From: an uncultured Planctomycetales bacterium
GTDB taxonomy: Bacteria; Omnitrophota; Gorgyraeia; Gygaellales; JAHJCI01
Assembly (NCBI GenBank): GCA_964592485.1
Contig: CAZQEY010000003.1
Span: forward strand, 12,218-76,217
DNA length: 64,000 bases
Reading direction: 5' to 3'
The position numbers were made by a program, and so were the translations under genes. This document shows, piece by piece, positions 63,790-64,000 of the stretch; within the stretch, counting starts at the first letter, position 1, and each line of letters begins with the position of its first letter. The notes below the pieces were generated by a model. That model made no database searches and was not told where the DNA came from. It saw only the letters and a program-made list of their open reading frames with translations.

Positions 63790-64000
63790 ATGAGACGAAT
63801 ATTAATTATTGCATTCTCCCGAATGAAGTTATTTTTTAAGAGACGCTTCGGGATCCCGCGGAGTATCTTCGTAGCGATACTGCTTGCGGGGTTGGGTTAT
63901 TGGATTTTAGGGTTGGCAGGTTGCGCCTATATCAAAGAGACGGTCAAGCAATTCCTGGCAGTCTCTACTAAAGAGATCGAGGAAGTAAGAGACCAAGCAA
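63790..64000 (+). CDS. Partial CDS (3' end beyond window): small membrane protein N-terminus
   Basis: ATG at 63790, open to window end; hydrophobic helix SIFVAILLAGLGYWILGLAGCAYI. Confidence 0.4.
   Translation, partial: MRRILIIAFSRMKLFFKRRFGIPRSIFVAILLAGLGYWILGLAGCAYIKETVKQFLAVSTKEIEEVRDQA

Noticed and set aside
1-64000. tRNA, rRNA or other canonical structured RNA genes; transposases/integrases
   Set aside because: The intergenic gaps (35055-35399, 36555-36749, 39573-39885, 41772-42197, 44439-44530, 46534-46807, 49804-49924, 58424-58600) contain palindromic repeats. No cloverleaf-compatible 70-90 nt segment with GTTC-like T-loop context and no rRNA-like conserved blocks were recognised. 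No ORF shows DDE/HUH/tyrosine-recombinase motifs.

Overview
This 64 kb window encodes genes on the + strand only. It opens with a giant ORF of at least 8,159 codons (first ATG at 73, stop at 24552). The ORF's reading frame has no stop back to position 1, so the gene may begin upstream of the window. Its product is not a repeat-rich adhesin. It is a string of enzyme-like and regulator-like modules, identified by motif reading only: - a class I SAM methyltransferase; - a HAD phosphatase (DxDGT ... GDxxxD); - a radical-SAM CxxxCxxC core; - an isochorismatase/nicotinamidase-like hydrolase; - TPR repeats; - an internal multi-pass transmembrane block; - two paralogous methyltransferase modules; - a nitrilase/CN-hydrolase module; - two XRE-type HTH domains; - an alanine-dehydrogenase/PNT-like Rossmann module; - a C-terminal protein-kinase-like domain. 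Downstream of the giant gene lies a 1.4 kb array of six related hairpin motifs. These are interleaved with two tandem paralogous 4-TM membrane-protein genes and a PilZ gene. Next comes a glycan-utilisation locus: a GH94-like phosphorylase, CBM-like lipoproteins, a sugar ABC substrate-binding protein plus two permeases, and two clan GH-A hydrolases. One of these hydrolases begins inside a heptanucleotide microsatellite. A LacI regulator follows. Housekeeping genes come next: class II B12-dependent RNR, archaeal-type phosphoglycerate mutase, NadE, an Lrp regulator, an aminotransferase and glutamine synthetase. Then comes a Rex regulator whose own promoter carries a Rex box. The window ends with a complete Mbh/Mrp-type group 4 [NiFe]-hydrogenase complex, preceded by HydB/AsrA-like, HydG/AsrB-like and HycB-like soluble electron-transfer subunits. 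Intergenic regions are packed with a family of palindromic REP-like elements (core CCCCGCACCTT...AAGGTGCGGGG). One copy appears to sit in-frame inside a coding sequence. No tRNA, rRNA, CRISPR array or obvious transposase was recognised. The giant genes, Mbh hydrogenase and a GC content that looks to be about 40% (not computed) are compatible with an Omnitrophota/candidate-phylum genome. This is inference only.
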